Assembly: GCA_951406725.2 (NCBI GenBank)
Contig: OX597842.1
Location: 23,808,001-23,872,000, forward strand
DNA length: 64,000 nt
Direction: 5' to 3'
From: Octopus vulgaris
Taxonomy: Eukaryota
A program made the translations under genes and the position numbers. Positions 55,280 through 64,000 of the stretch are shown in pieces. Position 1 is the first letter of the stretch; each line of letters opens with the position of its first letter. The notes beneath the pieces were generated by a model that was not told where the DNA came from, ran no database searches, and saw only the letters and a list, made by a program, of their open reading frames with translations.

Positions 55280-55752
55280 GGCAAAAGAGACCGAGCATGG
55301 TCAGTCAAAGAAACAAACCATCATCAACATATAAAGTGCAGTGATGGCATAAGGTAAACAAGTAAAGAGTAAACTTCATAAAAAAGACACCATAGAATAT
55401 ACTGGGGACAAAAGAATAAGTCCCGGGTCGATTTGCTCGATTAAAGGCTGTGCTCACATGGCCGAGTCAAATGTGAAACAAGAAAGAGTAAATTACTTTG
55501 GCAAAAGAGACCGAGAATAAGTACTGGATAAAGAATAAGTCCCTGGGTCGATTTGCTCGATTAAAGGCTGTGCTCCAGCACAACAGTCAAATGGCTGAAA
55601 CAAGTGAGTAAATTAGCGGTTTGGCAAAAGAGACCGATAGAATAAGTACTGGGCTTACAAAGAATAAGTCCCGGGTCGATTTGCTCGATTAAAGGCGGTG
55701 TCTAGCATGGCCGCAGTCAAATGACTGAAACAAATAAAAAGACAGAGTAAAG
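55280..55752 (+). repeat. tandem array of ~4 SINE-B 3' ends (~120-bp unit)
   Basis: AAAAGAGACCG-like unit starts at ~55283, 55381, 55503, 55626; units end in GAAACAAG..AGAGTAAA. Confidence 0.75.
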
Positions 55753-58700
55753 AGAGATCTACTTCATATAAAATCAATACTGATTTGTTTGTCAAAGTAT
55801 ATTTTCTATCTTTCCAAAAATCATTTTAAAATATTTTATGAGCTTAAATAGCCATTTTCTGCTAATTACAGTCTAGTTAACATTGATTTGTCATTACGTT
55901 TATAATAATAATAATAATAATGAATTATTGTATACAGTGCTCTTTTTCCAAAATGTTTCTGTGCGTGTCCTTTATACAAATCCACAATTTTTCAGTTAGA
56001 GGGCTGACACACATACATATACATATATATATACACATATATACAACGGGCTTCTTCAATTTCCATCTACTAAATCCACTCACAAGGCTATAGTAGAAGG
56101 CATTTCCCAAGGTGCCTAACAGTGGGACTGAACCCAGAACCATGTAAGCAAGCTACTTACCACACAGCCACCTGCACCTATGTGAAGATTTTTTACATGA
56201 CAACAATTCTATTTTGTCTGCTAAAACACAATGTTTTTTCCCTTCATCTTTTTTCAACTTCAATATGTCAAGGTGAACCTCAAATTTGTCATCATCTGTA
56301 AAAATATTCACTCTGAGACAACTTATTACTGGAAATTTTATAGCATACTTGAATTTGTTAATAAAGAATCTTCTATATATATAAACGGCAAGATGTCTGT
56401 CTGTGTGTGTTCTTTATACAAATCCACAATTTTTCAGTTAGAGGGCTTGTTTCTATGGTCATTCAAAACCGTATGGTCGTGCACATCTTTACATTTAGAC
56501 CCCCAAAGCCATTAAAAAACTCAATAGAAGTGACTTTTGTGAATTTTTATCCAAAACCCAATCAAAATGCCCAAACTTGATACGCCAATTGAATGGCAGT
56601 GAGCTGTATGGTTGTTCCTTCTTGAGCCATGCCTGTCTTATAAGGGCCGGTGTCTTGGTGTATAGGTTCCCCACCAGGACAGGACGCCAGTCCATCTCAT
56701 GAGCTGCAAGATGCAGGAGGAAAGAGCTGAGAGAGAAGTCAAAGAGCACCAACCTTCTGCCGGAGCTCTGTGGAGTTTAGATAAACACACATCGCCCGGT
56801 CTGAGATTCGATGCCATCCCGGACGGTCCGCTGCTCTAACCACTAGTCATTGCCTCCACAGTAGCTAAATGATTGGTCAAATACAGCTCACGTGTATGTA
56901 AGCAGCTGTAATACACCAGCACTATGACCTGGTGTTGCTGTTGTACAAAGTTTATTATAAACACACAAACACTTCATTGATACCTGTCATTATTTTTAAT
57001 TATTTAATATCTAATATATTGTTAGAAATTGCCTGGTCACAATGAATTTTATTCTATTTTTATCATTACCTGTGAAATTACACTCTTACATATACATATA
57101 TTAGGTAATTTCATTGGATGTCATAAGAAGAAGTGCTATAGACACCATGTTAAGTTTATCGAAGTTTCAGTACATAGCGTGTGTATCTAGCGTAATGAAA
57201 AAGAATCCAGGACATGATGATCTATAAACGTTCTGACCTTCTTATATATATGAATATATATATATATATATATATATATCTAGACTCACGTATAATAGTG
57301 AGTAATTGAGTAACCATGCAATATGTATGTCTGTGTGTTTTTATACTTCACATTTATACATGTATATATATATTCCTCACTAAAGCTTCTCTTTGTCCAG
57401 GATCATGTCCATTCCAGTACTGGAAAGCAACATATCTCTACAATTGTTGTAATAGTTGTCTAACCATAGCCATGTTCATATATATGTATACACTACACAT
57501 ATATGTGTATAATACATATACATATATATTTATATATCCGCTCAGTCTTAGGTCATCGTTGGATCAGTGTCCTCCAGTCAGTTCTATAGCCACTTCTTTC
57601 AGATTAGGCATGTCCATTCCGCACTTTGATGGTGTCAAGCCAGTCGCACTGACCATTCCAAGCATGTGTGAATTTTAGTATGACCAAAATATCCAATGTG
57701 ATATTAGCAACAATTGACAAATATACATATATATATATATATATATGATATGTGTCTATTAGATCGAGCTTATGATTTATAGTTAAATCCCGGTTTGTGT
57801 TGTGTTCTTGAGCAAGCTTCATGTTGCTCATCTACGTGTAAAATAGTTGTGACGTCACAGGTGCCATTTATCGCATAACATGGTGGCTAGAGGAGATATA
57901 TGCGACTGTAGTTATAAACAACCTGTTGTGATAACTTTCATATATGTCAGATAGAATCTCAGTATTTGTAAAACACACATGATCCATGTGGTTATTCAAC
58001 TTACTCCTTCCCCTGAAATTGTTTGTGATAATGAGATATAATGTGATATATGAGAACTTTTAGATTGCTATGAAAACTCATAAAGCAAAGCAATAATTTC
58101 CCACAGAAGCAATGTTATAAATTGTATTTAGATATTTTCAATAAAATTTATAATACTTGTAAATAAATGTCATAGAATGTAGAATATTTTATAAAGTGTC
58201 AAGATCATTTAGAATAGAATATTTTATTATAATTGTTTTCTGAATCACTTTCACAAGACTCAGGGACACTCATTTGTAGACGTGACCACTGATTCACAGC
58301 TCTGAGTTGTTTACTGAGAAGCATTCCTTTGCCTTTATAACACTTGGTAAGACAGATGCATGTATATGAGTAGAGTCTTTCAAAATTTGGGTAAAAATAA
58401 AACTCATAAACAATGTCTGTAACTCGGGAAATGAATCTATACCTTATAAGTGTTGTTCTTTGTTTGAGGGGAATCCTTGCTCTTTCTATTGTTGTGTGTT
58501 CACATCCTGAACTAGTTATTGCACAAATTAAATTTTGGATGCACAAGTGAAATCAGTCTCAATTATGAATCTCTGTCCTTGTTTAAAATGGAATTCCGAA
58601 CCTTCCAGTACTTTCAATAATATTCCACATTTCAGACATCTGCATTCTTGTAACTCTTCATTCCATTGTTGAGCACCCATTACACTCATCAGAGTGGTTG

Positions 58701-58919
58701 GTGAAAGAGCATCCAGCCGTAGAAACCATGCGAAATCAGACAGGAATAAGATGCAGCTCTCCAGCCCTGGTCAAAATGTACAACCCATGCCAAGCATGGA
58801 CACCTTGGGTAAGTGTCTTCTATAATAACTTTGAGCCGACCAAAGCCCTGTGAGTGGATTTGGTGGTGGAAACTAAATGAAAGCTCTGTTATGTGTAGAT
58901 TGGTATGTGTGTGTATACC

Positions 58920-59331
58920 TCTCTCTTTTTCTCTTTTACTTGTTTCAGTCATTTGACTGCGGCAATGCTGGAGCACCGCCTTTAGTCGAGCAAATTGATC
59001 CCAGCACTTATTCTAGTGTAAGCCCAGTACTTAATCTATCGGTCTCTTTGCAGAACTGCTAAGTGACGGGGACGTAAACACACCAGCATCGATTGTCAAG
59101 CAATGCTAGGGGACAAACACAGACACACAAACAAACACGCATATATATATATACATATATACGACAGGCTTCTTTCAGTTTCCGTCTACCAAATCCACTC
59201 ACAAGGCATGCAGTCGGCCCATTTCTGGGCTATAGTAGAAGACACCTGCCCAAGATGCCACGCAGTGGGACTGAACCCGGAACCATGTGGTTGGTTAGCA
59301 GCCCCACTTACCACACAGCCACTCCTGCGCC
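58920..59331 (-). mobile_element. SINE family B
   Basis: Full-length reverse copy. Confidence 0.8.
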
Positions 59332-59925
59332 TGTGCTTGTCCCCAATATCGCTTGACAACCGATGCTGGTGTGTTAAGCATATATAGAAAAGAAATGGAT
59401 GGTGATGGAGATGTATGAGGACATACACAAAAGGTAGTGGTGGTGGTGGGCGAATATTAGTGGTACAGAGGATAGAGGGGGATGTTTCATAGAAGTGTGA
59501 GGGGCTTATGAATGTGTGTGTGTATGTTACTATATCCTTGCCTTGAGACTGTGTGATAGTTGTGGGTGTCACTGCCATGCAAGCAATGTCCATCGCCAAT
59601 CTGCCACAAAAACATGTCAGGTCACGGGAAATATTTTAGTTTGAAACAGGTGAAGGTTGGCAACAGGAAGGGCATCTGGACAGTGAAAATTCACCTCAAT
59701 AAATATCATCTCACCAATGAGAGATTGGCAAATGTGGACATGGAGAACAATGATGACAGATGACTGGTATGGTTTGTCTCTCATGAAGGTTTAAGGAAGT
59801 AGTTACGCTGCTTCTATAAGCAAATGATTTGCCACATGTTTCAATGATATGGCTTCTCTCATGTATGAAAACGTTTGAGACTAGACAAAGTGCTGTTTTT
59901 GGAAAATGATTTACCACAGGTATTA

Positions 59926-61160
<1,235 letters not shown>

Positions 61161-62199
61161 TCACAGTACACAAATGTTTTCCTTCTTCTCGTATATTGCT
61201 CTTAACAAATATTTCTACTGATATATCTCCATCAAAAGTGTTCCTTGTTAATATCTGAAGATGCTGCAAACTGCCTTCTTAATTGCTTTAACTCATTAAC
61301 ATTCAGATTACTCTGTCAAATGTAATGATTATTTATTCAAATTCTTCTGAATTAATCATTCATTATCTTATTGCTTTAAGATTTTAACGATGTGATTCTT
61401 TATGTTTATATGACATTACAGGGTTAGTGTAAGAGGCCAGATGTGGGCAATTTTAACATAGAATATGCAGAATATTTGGGAATGGTATGCCCAGTTCAAA
61501 TGTTAAAGGATTAATTCAAATACAAATATAATTTTCTGTGTATTCCAGACAATAAGAAGAGAAATTTTGCTACATATATGTCAGAGTTCAGAAGATATAT
61601 TTTGCAGTAATTCAGTATATATTTATAGAAACAGGGTTATACGTGTTATGAGTAAGACGTTCAATACTAATGATGTAGTTTATATAAAAATCCTGTGATG
61701 CTGAGGTCATCTGATAATCTGAAACGAAAGAGAAACAACAGTGTAAAACATACAAGATAATTAGGAATTAGAGAGATTAAAACAGTGAAAGTTTTACTAC
61801 ATTTTTATATAGACATGGCTGTAGAAGTGCAGGGATGGTTGTGTGGTAAGAAGTTGGCTTCCCAACCACATGGTCCTGGGTTCAGTCCCAGAGTGGCCAA
61901 TCAAAGCCTTGGGCAAGGATTTGGTAGATGGAAACTAAAAGAAGCTTCAAATAATCCAACTACCAAAATATATTCTAATTGAATTAAGCAAAACAGAAAT
62001 TAAAATATGAAGCAATTTTGACAAGTTACCTGACAAAAAACACACCTGCAACGTGGAACGTACCACAACTGTTCGTACAGCATCTCACCTGCGAGGCACA
62101 GATGCACGATGGGTTGAAACAATCATAGTGAATACTAGTCTTGGAAATTCTATTTTCTTTCTCTTTCTCTCATTTTTTAAACTCTACTGACAGGACTGA

Positions 62200-62636
62200 C
62201 TCTTGTGGACTGACTCCTGTGCAGGTGGCAAGTGAAGAAACACCATTTCGACCCTGTGCTTGAGGAGATCCATTGAGTCAAGGACACCAACATCAAATTC
62301 AATGGAAACTGCAGTTGTGATCCCTGAGCCGGGAGCACGGAAAAGCACCATCTGAATGTGGCCGATGCCAGTGCCGCCTAGACTGGCTTCCGTGCAGGTG
62401 GCATGTAAAAAGCACCAATCCGATCGTGGCCGTTGCCAGCCTCGCCTGGCACCTGTGCAGGTGGCACGTAAAAAGCACCCACTAAACTCAGTGTGGTTGG
62501 CGTTAGGAAGGGCATCCAGCTGTAGAAACACTGCCAGATAAGACTGGAGCCTGGTGCAGCCTTCTGGCTTCCCAGATCCCCGGTCAAACCATCCAACCCA
62601 TGCTAGCACGGAGAACGGACGTTAAACGATGATGAA
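62200..62636 (+). mobile_element. RTE LINE 3' UTR fragment
   Basis: GTGCAGGTGGCACGTAAAAAGCACC repeats and GGACGTTAAACGATGATGA tail. Confidence 0.75.
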
Positions 62637-62854
62637 GGAAATCCTCAAGTAAATCCAGTGTCATTCAAATCCATACTGTCGATAACATCAGATAGCCAAA
62701 AACAGTGAGAAGGCTTTAAACGGCATACTACAAGATGTCTATGCAAATTTAAAATTGTCACTCCGTCATCATTTAAAGTCCATTTTACACACTGGCATGG
62801 GTTGGATGGTTTGAAAGGAGGTAACCAACTGAAGGGCTGTTCAGGCTCCATCTC

Positions 62855-63262
62855 GGATCTTTTCAGTTTCAATGGCAGATTTTCTAGTGGTGTCATATGA
62901 AATTGTCACCCATAATTATGACCCTAGTATCGATCTATTGCATTTCAATCTGTTTTAGGGTTAGGGGTGGCGGGAATGGTTTCTTTTTTCTTCACAAATG
63001 TAAATAAACCCAATCTGTTTCTTAAACGAGGGACATATTCATACGGCACAGAATGTTTTCACCTCAATAGACGTCATTGATAGGTTGAAATTGCAGAAAT
63101 TGAAGAAAAAAACAACAAATATCTTACAAACTATATAATTTTCTCAATACAGCCAAGAGAAAAAGATGTTTTATAAACACATTCTACCAGTATACGAAGT
63201 TTAAATGTGTTTAGTTACGAGGAAATCATTTTAAAAAACTTCCGTTCAAACCGAAAAGATCC
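62855..63262. mobile_element. MITE family 1 (GGATC termini)
   Basis: Inverted homolog of 1883-2294; no matching TSD seen. Confidence 0.75.
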
Positions 63263-64000
63263 CAAATTTACAAACGTTTCCTGAAAATTTAAAAGGTAAA
63301 GAAGTTATGAGGGGCTAAACCAGAATTTTGCTTCGACTGGAATTCTGATCTTGCTTAGATCAACCTCTTAGTTAACCCAATATCGACAATTCACATTTAC
63401 TTTACATTAGGTGAGACCCTTCCGTATATAGATTATAACAATAATTATTTTCGTTACATTTCTCTATTTCCTTCCGTTTCTTTCTGTTAACTTACTGAAC
63501 ACATAAAAAGAATCGTTGATGTGAACAATATTGATACATTAATAACAAATCTATTATAGAGACGGATGTCCAAATGAGAACTTCAGCTACGACAGACAAT
63601 GGCAGGATATATATATAACACTTACGTATTATTTATAGACCTAATGTAGAGGAGGAAGGTGTCACAATCAATCCATCGTAGACAATAAGCAGATAATATT
63701 TAGATCCGGTAAGGACGAGGTCGCAGTATGTTCAGGTAGTGAGAACTTAAGCCAAGGTAGACAATGACAGCTTCGTAAGAAATTCTAGGTTTTATTATAG
63801 ACGTTATGTTTTTAAGATTAGCGTAATAAAGAATTCAGTAGATGATTTCTCTACATGCTTAATTAGCAATCACGTCTATCGGATTAAATCTCAGCTAATT
63901 ATCTGTGGACCGGCTGTGACCGGTAACATACACGAGGGTCAATCAACAGCAGGAATGGAAAAATATGGCGGGAGAAAAAGGGCGGGAATTGCTAGGGGAA

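Overview
Eukaryotic, AT-rich, repeat-dense genomic DNA. The SINE families and the KRAB-less C2H2 arrays with TGEKPY(H/Q)CDICGKSF linkers strongly suggest an octopus/coleoid cephalopod zinc-finger cluster (inference). The window holds one intact 18-finger C2H2 gene (41826-43439), four frameshifted or degenerate paralogous arrays and the 5' part of a further copy cut by an assembly gap. These arose by direct and inverted segmental duplication. Between them lie a full-length Tx1-clade LINE, three CR1-group LINEs (one with an intact ~1005-aa ORF2), RTE, R4/Dong and Penelope fragments, three tRNA-derived SINE families, MITEs, Helitron-like elements and long (TA)n-rich microsatellites. Most notable: (1) the Tx1 LINE shares its 3' tail with SINE-A and is inserted into a SINE-A copy with a 16-bp TSD, at the same site where a second SINE-A sits inside another SINE-A, suggesting a target-specific LINE that attacks its own parasite; (2) seven minimal type-I hammerhead ribozyme motifs from about five unrelated repeat families, including an inverted pair with intact cores; (3) a covarying 3' stem-loop shared by SINE-B and the CR1 LINEs. 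All calls are by eye; no database searches were run.
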